Source: an uncultured bacterium (GTDB lineage: Bacteria > Patescibacteriota > Dojkabacteria > J137). From it: 64,000 nt of DNA. Below are positions 1-10,400 of the stretch, one piece after another; position 1 is the stretch's first letter, and every line of letters begins with the position of its first letter. The stretch is from contig OY969472.1 of assembly GCA_963700155.1 (NCBI GenBank), forward strand, positions 744,690-808,689, in the 5' to 3' direction. The translations under genes were made by a program, and so were the position numbers. The notes under the pieces were generated by a model. It did no database searches. It was given only the letters and a program-made list of their open reading frames with translations, and had not been told where the DNA came from.

Positions 1-1
1 T

Positions 2-895
2 GATTCTCTGTCTAAAGAAGTTAATAAATTAATAAAGAATAATAATATAACTACCAAAAACTTTGTACTCTCCGTACCGGAAACTCTTGTTTTTTCTAGA
101 TTGATAAAGCTTCCTAAGGTAAGTGATGAAGAGGCAAATGAAGCTATTCAATATGCTCTAAAACCTCTAGTCCCAGTGCCTTTAGAAAATGTAAATATTT
201 CCTTTTTAGAAATTGATGAAACAAAAGTTGATGATATTGTATATACTAACTGGTATGCAGTAGCGGCTCCGAAACAACTTATTGCTAAATTTCAGACTTT
301 AGCAGAACGTGCTGGATTAAACTTATTTGCAATAGAAACAGAATCTCTAGCAATAACTAGGATGGTACACTATACTGCTTCAGATGATATTAAAAGTGAC
401 GATATGATTATTGATATTGGTGCTGAAAGCTCAAATGTAATTCTTTCCCGTAATGGTGTAGTAATTTTTTCACAAAATATTGGAACTGGATCTGATGCTT
501 TAACAAAGGTTATTGCAGCTGATTTTGGACTTGAACAATCTCAAGCAGATAAATATAAATTGGCTTATGGTTTAGATTTTCAAGAACATGAAGGTAAGAT
601 TGCTAAATCTATCGAACCATTAGTTCAGATAATGATGAGTGAAGTTAGCAAAACGGTAGCTTATTATAATGAAAAGATTGGTGGTAAAGGAATAACTAAT
701 CTTTATCTAACTGGAGGAGGAGGAGCTCTAAAGGGATTGGATCAATATATGCAAAATAAGCTAAATATACCTACTAAACTAGCTAATCCGTTAAATCACA
801 TTGAGGTTGACAATTCTATACAAGACTTTGTTCAAAAAACGAATATAAATAGTTTTAATGTTGCAATTGGTTTAGCTTTAAAAGGAATCGTCTAA
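2..895 (+). CDS. pilM: Type IV pilus assembly protein PilM (5'-partial; frame open from window start)
   Basis: Actin-like motifs IIDIGAESS and YLTGGGGAL, C-terminal VAIGLAL; no stop in frame from position 2; followed by PilN/PilO-like genes. Confidence 0.9.
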   Translation, partial: DSLSKEVNKLIKNNNITTKNFVLSVPETLVFSRLIKLPKVSDEEANEAIQYALKPLVPVPLENVNISFLEIDETKVDDIVYTNWYAVAAPKQLIAKFQTLAERAGLNLFAIETESLAITRMVHYTASDDIKSDDMIIDIGAESSNVILSRNGVVIFSQNIGTGSDALTKVIAADFGLEQSQADKYKLAYGLDFQEHEGKIAKSIEPLVQIMMSEVSKTVAYYNEKIGGKGITNLYLTGGGGALKGLDQYMQNKLNIPTKLANPLNHIEVDNSIQDFVQKTNINSFNVAIGLALKGIV

Positions 896-904
896 ATATT
901 TACT

Positions 905-1489
905 ATGGCTTCTTCATTTAATTCTAGAAAATTCAACTTGGTTCCTCCTAAGACTAAAGAGGAGCAAGAACAATTCGAAGAAAGAAATAATTCCTTCTTC
1001 TACTCTTTCATATTGATATTTTGTGCTGTAGTGGTTTTTTTTATACTTACACTTGCTCAAACATTAATCATTAATCCTAGGATATCTTCAATTCAAATGA
1101 GTGTTGATAATCTTAATAGTCAAATTGGTAGCTTTAATGGTTTAAAATCAATACATGGTGAATTGTATATAAAGTCTCAAGCACTAGATTCTTTATTAAC
1201 CAAAGATATTAAGATCACAGAGCTATTAGATATTTCATCACAGTTAAAAGCTAATATAAAAGACTCTCAAATTATTGCCTATCATCGAGAAACTACAGGT
1301 GGTTTTCTTATTGATCTTAAATTAGACAATTTTGTAGATATCAATCAGGTTTACACTAACTCTGAATCTATTAAAGAGGTTGAAAACTTAACTCTTAAAA
1401 GTATTGCTAAACAAACAAATGCCGGGACGGGATATGTTGTTGCAACAATTGCGTTTAATATAAATAATATTGACCAGAATGTACAATAA
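905..1489 (+). CDS. PilN-like type IV pilus assembly protein
   Basis: N-terminal FNLVP motif, one TM, coiled coil; position after pilM. Confidence 0.7.
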   Translation: MASSFNSRKFNLVPPKTKEEQEQFEERNNSFFYSFILIFCAVVVFFILTLAQTLIINPRISSIQMSVDNLNSQIGSFNGLKSIHGELYIKSQALDSLLTKDIKITELLDISSQLKANIKDSQIIAYHRETTGGFLIDLKLDNFVDINQVYTNSESIKEVENLTLKSIAKQTNAGTGYVVATIAFNINNIDQNVQ

Positions 1490-2213
1490 TAAGAAAACTT
1501 TACAAAAAGAAAAAAAAGGAATAGATATTCGAGCACTAGAAAAGGTGCTAAAAATATATATCCTTCCTCTTGTAAGTATGGCTTTATTTTTTTTAGTAAT
1601 AATATTTTTAGTCATACCAAAAATAAGTGAAATATTTAGTTCTTTAGACATAATTTCTAAAGAAAATATGAGTTATGAGCAGGCAAAAGTAAACTTAGAT
1701 GAGTTACAATCTGCTTCTCAAAATACTAATACTATGCTCTCTCAGTTAGATGTTGTTAATCAAACAACACCAACAGGAAAGACTGAAGTAGTTAAATTCA
1801 GAGACAAAATTACAAACCTTACAACAAAAAATAACCTTGTAATTTTGTCTCAACAATTGAGCGAAAATAATCTTCCGACTGGAGAAAATCAACAATCTAC
1901 AGACGGGAGCCTGTCTTTACAAGAAGTCCCATTTACTTTTGAAATACAAGGTCAATATAGTTCTTTAATAAATTTTTTAAAAGATTTAAGCTCTATAGAT
2001 GATTTTATAATAGTAAGAGAAATGGAGCTTAATTCAAATGCAATATCTACAAGTGTTTCAGGTTCTGATTTATGGGTATTGAAACTTACAATAAATAAAT
2101 ATCAGTTTAGTCAGATCTCTCAGGAGTCACAAGATAATATATATCAGAATATTCCAATTAGTGCACAACCAAGCCAGAAAGTTCTAGATTATGTAAATTC
2201 TAAAATTCAGTAG
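1470..2213 (+). CDS. PilO-like type IV pilus assembly protein
   Basis: TM + coiled coil + GQYSSLINFLKDL PilO-like motif; synteny with pilMN. Confidence 0.75.
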   Translation: MTRMYNNKKTLQKEKKGIDIRALEKVLKIYILPLVSMALFFLVIIFLVIPKISEIFSSLDIISKENMSYEQAKVNLDELQSASQNTNTMLSQLDVVNQTTPTGKTEVVKFRDKITNLTTKNNLVILSQQLSENNLPTGENQQSTDGSLSLQEVPFTFEIQGQYSSLINFLKDLSSIDDFIIVREMELNSNAISTSVSGSDLWVLKLTINKYQFSQISQESQDNIYQNIPISAQPSQKVLDYVNSKIQ

Positions 2214-2264
2214 AATTAAATATAATGTTCCAGTATAGTATTTCGAAAACGATAGGTTATGAGG

Positions 2265-2627
2265 TTATTTTGTTGACTCTTCTCTAGCTTCTGCCTTTAC
2301 TTCCTTTTTTGTTTCAGCTTCAGTTTGTTTTAGTTTTCTTTCTGTAGACTTTTTGCCAGCTTTCTTTGAGAAAGTTCTCTTAAATTTTGAAGGTTTTAAT
2401 AAATTCTTTTTAATTAAGAAAGATCTTACTGTCTCGCTTGGTTGTGCACCAACAGAAAGCCAGTATTTTGCTCTATCTTCATTGATTTGAAGTTCTTTTG
2501 TATGTGGAAGATAATATCCTAATATTTCAATAGCATCTGATTCTCTCTTCTCACGTAGATTTGTAACAACAATTCTATATGATGCTAAATTTTTTCTTCC
2601 TGTTCTGCTTAATCTTATTCGAACCAC
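2265..2627 (-). CDS. rpsP: 30S ribosomal protein S16
   Basis: VRIRLSRTGRKN...YRIVV...WLSVGAQPSETV signature. Confidence 0.98.
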   Translation of the reverse strand: MVRIRLSRTGRKNLASYRIVVTNLREKRESDAIEILGYYLPHTKELQINEDRAKYWLSVGAQPSETVRSFLIKKNLLKPSKFKRTFSKKAGKKSTERKLKQTEAETKKEVKAEAREESTK

Positions 2628-2750
2628 TTTTATTTATTTAATAATTACTTAATTTCTAATTAATAGGATCTGTTTAGCTGTTCTATTAATCAAATGCTTG
2701 ATATATTAACAAAATTCTCTAAAAAAGTCTATGGAAAAGATGATTATAAA

Positions 2751-3464
2751 CTAGAAATATTTGTTAACAAGTGACTCCCAATTGTTTAATGCATCTTCAG
2801 CAGCTTTTTGCTCTGCCTCCTGTTTACTTCTTCCTTTTCCTCTACCGAATTCATTCTCACCAATTTTTACAGCCATTATGAATGTTTTATCATGATCTGG
2901 ACCTTCTGAACTTATGAATTCATAAATGGGTGTTAACTTTACTGATTCCTGTGCAACTTCCTGAAGTTTTGATTTGGAATCAATGTCTAGTCTAGAATTA
3001 ACGATATCCTCAGTTTTATGAGCAATATTATCAATAATGAATTTCTTTGCAGTTTCATATCCTTGATCTAGATAGATTGCTCCAATAATTGCCTCAACAG
3101 TATTTGCAAGAATATATGGTCTTTGTCTTCCTCCTGTTGACTCTTCTCCTTTACTCATAAATATAAATTCTCCAAACCCTAATCTTTCAGCTTCTTCTGC
3201 AAGACTTTCTGTCTTAACAAGAGCTGCTCTAAAACTTGTCAAATCACCTTCTGGGTGATCTTCATACTTTTTGAATAGAAATTCAGTGATCACTAATTCT
3301 AATACTGCATCACCTAGAAACTCTAATCTTTCATTATGTTGGAGCCCTTCTCCTCTGTTCTCATTTACATATGATCTATGTGTTAAAGCTTCAGATAGAA
3401 GTTTAGAGTTAATAAATTTAACTCCTAGTTTATTTTCAAGACTGTTAAGATCGGTATTATTCAT
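2751..3464 (-). CDS. rnc: Ribonuclease III
   Basis: NERLEFLGDAVL signature and C-terminal dsRBD. Confidence 0.98.
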   Translation of the reverse strand: MNNTDLNSLENKLGVKFINSKLLSEALTHRSYVNENRGEGLQHNERLEFLGDAVLELVITEFLFKKYEDHPEGDLTSFRAALVKTESLAEEAERLGFGEFIFMSKGEESTGGRQRPYILANTVEAIIGAIYLDQGYETAKKFIIDNIAHKTEDIVNSRLDIDSKSKLQEVAQESVKLTPIYEFISSEGPDHDKTFIMAVKIGENEFGRGKGRSKQEAEQKAAEDALNNWESLVNKYF

Positions 3465-3936
3465 TATTTCCTGTTAATTTAGATAATTTATCTTGTAAAC
3501 TTTGATTATTGTATATATTTCCAAGCACACCATTTATAAATGAACTGTTTGATTTCGATGAAAGTTCTTTATCAAGTTGTATAGCTTCATTAATCACTAC
3601 CTTAGGAGGAGTAATTCGACCAATAAAAGCTTCCCAAATTGACATTCTCAATATTATTAAATTTACCGGATTTATTTGATCAATTGGCCATGCTGGTGCA
3701 ACCTCTTGAATAATATTGTCCAACTTTAACTTAAATTCTTCAACTCCGCCAACGATTTTTTGATATAGATCTGAATTAAACTTTGTTTCATCTATTATCT
3801 GTAAAAGAGTTTGGGGTTCGAACACTTGAAAATCTAAATTATTTTTTTCAGCAAAAAACTTTGTGAAGAGATATTGAACTGCTAATAAACGGCTAAGATG
3901 TCTCTTGTCTGTAGGATTAGTATCCAATTCGTTCAT
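3457..3936 (-). CDS. nusB: Transcription antitermination factor NusB
   Basis: SRLLAVQYLF, ILRMSIWE, PPKVVINEAI, FINGVLG motifs. Confidence 0.95.
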   Translation of the reverse strand: MNELDTNPTDKRHLSRLLAVQYLFTKFFAEKNNLDFQVFEPQTLLQIIDETKFNSDLYQKIVGGVEEFKLKLDNIIQEVAPAWPIDQINPVNLIILRMSIWEAFIGRITPPKVVINEAIQLDKELSSKSNSSFINGVLGNIYNNQSLQDKLSKLTGNNE

Positions 3937-3947
3937 AATTTTACTAA

Positions 3948-4166
3948 TTATTTAGTCTTGACTACTTTTAATCCTTTGTATTCAGGATTTTCCTTTGTAG
4001 CCATATGTGAAGGTTTGTATTTATTTGTACTTTTATCAAATGAAACTAATTTTCCACCATTCTTTTTGGTCTTTCTGAACTTGTTCAAAACAACGTCATA
4101 TCTATTAGATGCTCTTGTTGTTCTTCTTTTTTGACTTGATCTTCTGTGTTTAGGTGTTGCTGCCAT
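3948..4166 (-). CDS. rpmF: 50S ribosomal protein L32 (Cys-less type)
   Basis: MAATPKHRRSSQKRRTTRA N-terminus; rpmF-nusB-rnc synteny. Confidence 0.85.
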   Translation of the reverse strand: MAATPKHRRSSQKRRTTRASNRYDVVLNKFRKTKKNGGKLVSFDKSTNKYKPSHMATKENPEYKGLKVVKTK

Positions 4167-4222
4167 ATTATTAAATTAACTGAGTTATTTATTAACACGC
4201 TATTTTAGCATAAATTAAGGCT

Positions 4223-4756
4223 TTAAGCATTATTTGGAATAAGAAAATAAACATAACTAATTCCAATTTTCTTATTTTCAACTATATTCCATTTTTTAGC
4301 TAAAAAATCATCTAGTGGTTCATTACTCCTCAAAACTATAATACCGTTCTTTCTGAGGACCGTAGCGATTAATTTAAGGGCAATTTTTTTAGTGATAGCA
4401 AATGGAGGGTCAAGAAATATTATGTCGAAATTTTTATCAGTATTTTTTATAAAGATTTTATAATCTTTTCTAAAAATTTCGACAGGCTCCTCAACAAAAC
4501 TTAGGTTATCTTCTAAAAATTGCCCAGCTTCAATATCTTGTTCAACGAAAGTGCCGGAGTCAGCACCACGACTCAAAGCTTCAATACCAAGACTTCCAGA
4601 GCCAGCGAATAAATCAAGTATAGATTTTCCCTCGACGTTTGAACCTAAAGTATCAAAAATAACTGTTTTAATTCTGTCAGTTACCGGACGTGCTGACTCC
4701 GGCACTCTTAATGTTCTTCCTTTATATTTACCTGTGATTATTCTTGGTTTATCCAT
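4223..4756 (-). CDS. rsmD: 16S rRNA m2G966 methyltransferase RsmD
   Basis: RIITGKYKGR, LDLFAGSGSLGIEALSRGA, DPPF motifs. Confidence 0.95.
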   Translation of the reverse strand: MDKPRIITGKYKGRTLRVPESARPVTDRIKTVIFDTLGSNVEGKSILDLFAGSGSLGIEALSRGADSGTFVEQDIEAGQFLEDNLSFVEEPVEIFRKDYKIFIKNTDKNFDIIFLDPPFAITKKIALKLIATVLRKNGIIVLRSNEPLDDFLAKKWNIVENKKIGISYVYFLIPNNA

Positions 4757-4769
4757 ATTATTATCTGTA

Positions 4770-5225
4770 TTACTTTTGACTTATTATATGATACAAAATT
4801 ATACCTACGGTTGTTGAAACATTTAATGAATTTTTTTTACCAAGCATCGGTAATTCTACAATTTTGTCGCTAATATTTAACAACTCAATATCCACACCAC
4901 TTATTTCGTTGCCAAAAATTAGACACACTTTATTGTTATATACAATATTAGAATAATCTTCGGAATTGCTTGCCTGTTCTACTGAAATAATACTAAAACC
5001 TTCTTTTTTTAAGTATTCAACAACTTCTAAAGCTGATTTTTTGTGCTCTGTTTTAACATAGTTCTCTGCTCCAAGAGCTGTCTTAGAGATTTTTTTATGA
5101 GTAATATCTGGAGTTATCCCACATAGATATAATTTTTTAACTCCAGCACCGTCGCAAGTCCTTAAAATCGCTCCAACATTCAACACAGAGCGTACATTGT
5201 CTAAAACAACTACTATTTCTTTCAT
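4770..5225 (-). CDS. TrmH/SpoU family RNA methyltransferase
   Basis: LDNVRSVLNVGAILRT, FGNEISG, SLNVS SPOUT motifs. Confidence 0.93.
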   Translation of the reverse strand: MKEIVVVLDNVRSVLNVGAILRTCDGAGVKKLYLCGITPDITHKKISKTALGAENYVKTEHKKSALEVVEYLKKEGFSIISVEQASNSEDYSNIVYNNKVCLIFGNEISGVDIELLNISDKIVELPMLGKKNSLNVSTTVGIILYHIISQK

Positions 5226-5246
5226 AAAGTGAATTTTGAATATTAT

Positions 5247-5987
5247 TTAACCTTCTAGATCAAGTCTTGAAGTTTCTTCACTTAATAATGCTTCTATACC
5301 TTGATCTGCTAGTTCTTTTGGTGTAAGGATTTTATCACCAATTTCATTCTTAGGTTTTAAAAATTCATTTTTTTGCTTTTCTTTCTTAGGAGACATTATA
5401 CTTAAAATAAAGTAAGTAAACATTAATAGTATATTAATTATAGATAGAGTTTTAATCGTCTCATCACTTGCATAAACATCATTTGAGAATCGAGTTTCTA
5501 TTTGATGTAAAGATAAATCAAGAGATTTAAAAGTTAGATTCATATAGCCAAAGTATTGATCTAGTAGTTGTTTATCGGATTCTTTTAATTGGTTATAAGT
5601 ATTGGTAATTATTTTATTTTGGATTTCACTTTTTATTATCGCCAATTGATTTGAGAGTAAATTAATAGACGTAAGTAAATCTATATTTTGAGATCTTGCG
5701 TATGTATTGTTTTCTTGATTAGTTAAACTTAATCCGTAGTCTAAAGTTTGTAAATACGTACTAAGCATGTCTGTGCTAGGAACTTCATGATTATTAAAAG
5801 ATTGGTTCATTTCATTGATATAATTCTTTAGTTCTTGAAATCTTTTTTGTGTTTCATTATATTTATCCAAGTTAATTCTTGACCCTAAATCTATAGATCC
5901 TATAAATGCTTCAATAATTATCATTATTACAGCTGAATAAAGAGTAACATTTTTTATACTTTGTTTTATGCTTTCGAATCTATTCAT
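5247..5987 (-). CDS. 2-TM helical-bundle membrane protein, tandem paralog 4
   Basis: Two TMs flanking ~150-aa helical region, short charged tail. Confidence 0.75.
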   Translation of the reverse strand: MNRFESIKQSIKNVTLYSAVIMIIIEAFIGSIDLGSRINLDKYNETQKRFQELKNYINEMNQSFNNHEVPSTDMLSTYLQTLDYGLSLTNQENNTYARSQNIDLLTSINLLSNQLAIIKSEIQNKIITNTYNQLKESDKQLLDQYFGYMNLTFKSLDLSLHQIETRFSNDVYASDETIKTLSIINILLMFTYFILSIMSPKKEKQKNEFLKPKNEIGDKILTPKELADQGIEALLSEETSRLDLEG

Positions 5988-5992
5988 GATTT

Positions 5993-6763
5993 TTAATTTT
6001 CTTGCTGATTTTGGTTTAATAAATCTTCTAGACTTGGTAAAGAGGACTCGTCAGTGATTTCTTCATCTTCATAATACATTGGAGGCATAAATTCGATTAT
6101 GTCTTCGATTTTCAATTTATCATTTCCATCTTCGGTTATATTTGCTCTTTTTTTTATTATAACTATTAGCCATAAAACAATATTAGCTGCGATAAGAGAA
6201 AGTCCAATTACAGTATATCTGTCAGAATAGTTTTGCTCTATATATTTCTGATTTGCTCTTGCAATAGCTTCATCACTAACAAAAGGAATTTTATTCAGTG
6301 TATTTCTTAAATCAGTAAAGAGTTTATTTATCTGAACTATTTCATCAGAATTAAAATTATTATTTGGCTGGTTAATTAAATCTTTTAGATTGTTTAAATA
6401 TTGATTGAGTAAGGTAAGTTGATGCATTATTTGCTCATCAAAGCTGTAGGAAAGGCTTAAGTTATAAACATCTTGCAGGCTATCATCTATAATTCTTTGA
6501 TAAGCTGTAACACCTTCTTCAGTATTATTTGAACCTTCGGAGACTTGATTCATAAAGTCATCAAGGATTCTTATGTGATCAGATAATTCAGTAGTTAATC
6601 TATGGTTATTTTCTAAGAAAGCAAGTCCTCTTTGCTTAGAACCCATATCACCTACAAAATAGAAATAAGTAATGATAGAAATTATTATAAATAAACTTTG
6701 TACTGGAGTAAGAAAACTACCTTTGTCAGATTCATATGTATTTTTCTTTAATTTTTCTGGCAT
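5993..6763 (-). CDS. 2-TM helical-bundle membrane protein, tandem paralog 3
   Basis: Same architecture as neighbours; tail SLEDLL. Confidence 0.75.
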   Translation of the reverse strand: MPEKLKKNTYESDKGSFLTPVQSLFIIISIITYFYFVGDMGSKQRGLAFLENNHRLTTELSDHIRILDDFMNQVSEGSNNTEEGVTAYQRIIDDSLQDVYNLSLSYSFDEQIMHQLTLLNQYLNNLKDLINQPNNNFNSDEIVQINKLFTDLRNTLNKIPFVSDEAIARANQKYIEQNYSDRYTVIGLSLIAANIVLWLIVIIKKRANITEDGNDKLKIEDIIEFMPPMYYEDEEITDESSLPSLEDLLNQNQQEN

Positions 6764-6780
6764 ATTATATTTAAATTTAA

Positions 6781-7533
6781 CTATAATTCTGCTTCAGTTT
6801 TATTATTCTTTAATAGTTCATCTAAACTTTCAAAAGTCTTGATGTCCTTTTCTTCGATTTCTCCATCATTATCTTGATCTATTTTTGCAATTGGTTCTTT
6901 AGTATTGTTTTTAAGTTTGGGAGGTTTAATAATACTTAGAATTATCCATAATATAGCGCATATGCTTGTAATAACTTCTCCAATCCTAAATAATATTGCA
7001 GCATTATCCATATCGTTATCATAATTTGCAATCGTTTTCTCTATAATTGCATTTAATTCTCCAAAATATTTATCAATATTAGTAAAGTTAATTTTTATCA
7101 ATTCTATTTGTTCAGAAGTTAAATTTGTTGATGTCTTTTCTAAGTTTACTGTGTATATTTGCTGAATTAAGGTTTGAACGTAGTCTAAACTGTTCAAAAT
7201 CTCATTTAAAGTTGCTGTGGGGTATATTGATTCAGAATTAGTATAAACACTTATTTTTGTAATATTATCATTAATTGCGCTTAAGTATATATTAAGTCTA
7301 CTCTGGCTAATTGTTCCGTTTTGGTCAAGAATATCAGATTCAATAGTATCTATATTTGAGTTTAGTGGAATAACTGTGCTCATTAAACTGTTAAGAGATT
7401 GTTTCTTTGTGTATTGCATTCCAGAGAAGATGGCCACTATAGCATCTAACACTGCAAGTAGTATTGTAATATAACCTAAGTATTTTCTTCTGAATATTTC
7501 AACCTTATATCTTGTAGAATCAAGTTGATCCAT
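6781..7533 (-). CDS. 2-TM helical-bundle membrane protein, tandem paralog 2
   Basis: Same architecture; tail DNDGE...SLDELL. Confidence 0.75.
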   Translation of the reverse strand: MDQLDSTRYKVEIFRRKYLGYITILLAVLDAIVAIFSGMQYTKKQSLNSLMSTVIPLNSNIDTIESDILDQNGTISQSRLNIYLSAINDNITKISVYTNSESIYPTATLNEILNSLDYVQTLIQQIYTVNLEKTSTNLTSEQIELIKINFTNIDKYFGELNAIIEKTIANYDNDMDNAAILFRIGEVITSICAILWIILSIIKPPKLKNNTKEPIAKIDQDNDGEIEEKDIKTFESLDELLKNNKTEAEL

Positions 7534-7616
7534 AATTTAAATGATTAAATTTATGTCATGATTATACAATTATTCTGGAAATTATTAGAAAATAAATAAA
7601 AAGTTTAAGAGTAATC

Positions 7617-8342
7617 TTAACATTCGTTCCTACTTAGTAATTTTGCTTCTTCGATTGATAATTCACCGTCATCATCCAATTCTAAACTTTTTAATTGGTT
7701 TAATTCGATTTCATCATTCTTTCTTTTTCTTCTATTCCCTGCAGCCAAGCCAATTACATTGGTTATACTTAAGATCAGTCCGATAATAGATAGTACAAGA
7801 GTTGTTAGTCCAGCAATATAATCAATATTTTTCATGTCTATTTGGATACCATTTTCTTTTTGTTCCAATACTTGATAAATATCATTAAAAAGCTTGTCTA
7901 GATAATTGAAATAAGTCCTTGCAGCATCTAAGTCATCTTGAGTTAAACTAGACAGTTCTGAAGAAGAAAGTTTTGATAATTCTTCTAAATTATCCCTAAT
8001 ATTGGGAATATTATTTTTAATAGTTTCTAAACTTTGAGATATGTCATCATTACTAACTTGTTTGAATAAAGAATCAAGTGAATCTAAGGTGCTTTGGTAA
8101 AGTGAAAAAGTTGATGGTTGAAGATTTCCTCTATCTAAAAGATCTATCCTAAGAGCATTTACAGTTTCTTGAATTGGTTGCACACTCTTTTTTTGTTTTA
8201 AGGTGGATTCTAAGTTTTGATGTTCTACAAATTGTGAGGTTCCAGCAACTCCATCTATAATTCCTGTTAAAAGTATTAGTATCCATAAGAAACTCTCAAT
8301 ATTTTGTATAAGTTTTGGTTTCTCAATATTATTTTCTGGCAT
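7617..8342 (-). CDS. 2-TM helical-bundle membrane protein, tandem paralog 1
   Basis: Same architecture; tail KRKNDE...LDDDGEL. Confidence 0.75.
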   Translation of the reverse strand: MPENNIEKPKLIQNIESFLWILILLTGIIDGVAGTSQFVEHQNLESTLKQKKSVQPIQETVNALRIDLLDRGNLQPSTFSLYQSTLDSLDSLFKQVSNDDISQSLETIKNNIPNIRDNLEELSKLSSSELSSLTQDDLDAARTYFNYLDKLFNDIYQVLEQKENGIQIDMKNIDYIAGLTTLVLSIIGLILSITNVIGLAAGNRRKRKNDEIELNQLKSLELDDDGELSIEEAKLLSRNEC

Positions 8343-8361
8343 TTTGTTTATCTAAAATATA

Positions 8362-10371
8362 TTACTCAAAGAGTTCAATTTTTTTAATGCCATGATTATA
8401 CAACCTTTCTGCAAATTTTTTACTTTTTTTTATAAGTTCAAGATTATCAAGTTTTGCAACTTTTAGTTTTGGAATTCCACTTTGCTTTGTGCCATAAATT
8501 TCACCTGGGCCGCGAAGCTGAAGGTCGTACTCTGCAATTTTGAGACCATCATTGCTTGAAGATAAATATTTTAGTCGTTCTAAAGCTGAGCGGCTGACAT
8601 CATCTGAATAGAATAAGAAGCACCAGCTTTGTATGTCGCTTCTTCCTACTCTCCCTCGAATTTGGTGAAGCTGTGCAAGTCCAAATCTTTCTGAACTTTC
8701 TATTACCATTACAGTTGCATTTGGAACGTCAATACCAACTTCTATAACCGAAGTTGATACGAGTATATCGTATTTATGTTCAAGAAATTCCTTCATTATT
8801 GCTGACTTTTCTTGTTCTTTCATCTTTCCGTGAAGAAGAGCGATTTTTCGCTTGCGAAAAATCGCTTGTAAGTGTTTAAAAGTCTCTTCAGCAGACTTGG
8901 CTTCTAGAATTTCTGACTCACTAATCAATGGACATATCCAATAGACTTGCTCACCATCTTTTATTTTTTGATCAATCCATTTATAAGAATCTTCTCTTTT
9001 TTCAGGAGGAACTAGATGTGTATTTATTGGAAGCCTTCCTTTTGGCTTAGTATTTATAAAACTTATTGAAACATCTCCAAAAAAAGCTTGCGCTATTGTC
9101 CTTGGAATTGGCGTTGCAGTCATATTAATAAAATGAGGATAGTATTTATCTTTAAAAATGGCTTCAAAAGGCTCTAAAAGCTCTTCTCTTTGCTGAACTC
9201 CAAACTTATGCTGCTCATCTACAATAACCATTCCCAAATCTTCTATAAGGTCTTTTTTGCGAGCTAAAACTGCTGAAGTTCCTATCAAGATATCATTAGA
9301 TTCGGCTTTTTTATTATCTGAAGTTACTAATTCAATTCCAATATCAAAATCTTTAAGTAAATTTGAAAATGTCAAAAAATGCTGCTTTGCCAGGATAGTT
9401 GTTGGAGCAAGAACTACACTTTGCATATTATTCATTGCCATTATCATTGTAGCTACAACTGCAACTATAGTTTTACCACTTCCAACATCACCTTGAATTA
9501 ATTCATTTAATAAATCACCTTTTGAAATTATGTTTTCGATATTTTCAATTACTTTATTCTGATCTTCTGTAAGTTTAAAAGGCAGAGAGCGGAAAAATTT
9601 ATTCAATTGAACCTGCATCGTTGGTACAGAAATATCAAACTTTGGAGCATCGAGTTTTCCGCTCTCTGCCCTTCTTTTCATTAACTTAATTTGAATAGCT
9701 ATTAATTCATAAAGTGATAAAAGTTCATTATATTTTTTTAGATCTTCAAAATTTTCTGGGAAATGTAGAAAATATATAGCTTTTCTTAAATTATCAGCTT
9801 TGACTCCTATCTCTTCTAACTCATTAGGAATTTCTAGTTGATTCATATTATCAACAAGATATTTAATTCTGTTTCGGAACCATTTTTTTGAAACACCTTG
9901 AGTTAAAGCATATTCAGGTGTAATTCTTGCTAGATGTACTAATTCTCTTGTACTCAAAACTTCTTCAAAAAGTACAGGAAAGAATTGAAATTTACCAACT
10001 TTGCTTTTTCGAAGTTTCCCAGAAAATATAAATTCTTTTTCTGGCTTTATTACATCCTTTAAATATGTCTGGTTGAACCAAGTTATGCTGATTTCACCTG
10101 TATTATCATGTACTTTAGCTTCTTGTAATGTTTTATGAGACCTTAAATATCCATTTTTAAAAGTATCTATCTTGACTCGAATTTGAAATGTATTTTCAAA
10201 ATCATGGTTATAAATTAAATCCTTTATTAAGGTAATAATTGATGTGTCAACGTATTTAGTGGGGAAATAAGTCAATAAATCTTTGACAGTGTAGATTTCA
10301 AGCTTTTCTAAATGTTTTGCATAAGCACCTTTGATTTGTGGCAGTACTGTTACTGAATCTTCAAGTTTCAT
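8362..10371 (-). CDS. recG: ATP-dependent DNA helicase RecG
   Basis: QGDVGSGKT, DEQHKFG, MTATPIPRT, QLHQIRGRVGR, DLQLRGPGE. Confidence 0.97.
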   Translation of the reverse strand: MKLEDSVTVLPQIKGAYAKHLEKLEIYTVKDLLTYFPTKYVDTSIITLIKDLIYNHDFENTFQIRVKIDTFKNGYLRSHKTLQEAKVHDNTGEISITWFNQTYLKDVIKPEKEFIFSGKLRKSKVGKFQFFPVLFEEVLSTRELVHLARITPEYALTQGVSKKWFRNRIKYLVDNMNQLEIPNELEEIGVKADNLRKAIYFLHFPENFEDLKKYNELLSLYELIAIQIKLMKRRAESGKLDAPKFDISVPTMQVQLNKFFRSLPFKLTEDQNKVIENIENIISKGDLLNELIQGDVGSGKTIVAVVATMIMAMNNMQSVVLAPTTILAKQHFLTFSNLLKDFDIGIELVTSDNKKAESNDILIGTSAVLARKKDLIEDLGMVIVDEQHKFGVQQREELLEPFEAIFKDKYYPHFINMTATPIPRTIAQAFFGDVSISFINTKPKGRLPINTHLVPPEKREDSYKWIDQKIKDGEQVYWICPLISESEILEAKSAEETFKHLQAIFRKRKIALLHGKMKEQEKSAIMKEFLEHKYDILVSTSVIEVGIDVPNATVMVIESSERFGLAQLHQIRGRVGRSDIQSWCFLFYSDDVSRSALERLKYLSSSNDGLKIAEYDLQLRGPGEIYGTKQSGIPKLKVAKLDNLELIKKSKKFAERLYNHGIKKIELFE

Positions 10372-10400
10372 AAGTCAATTATAACCCAAGTATACTTGTT

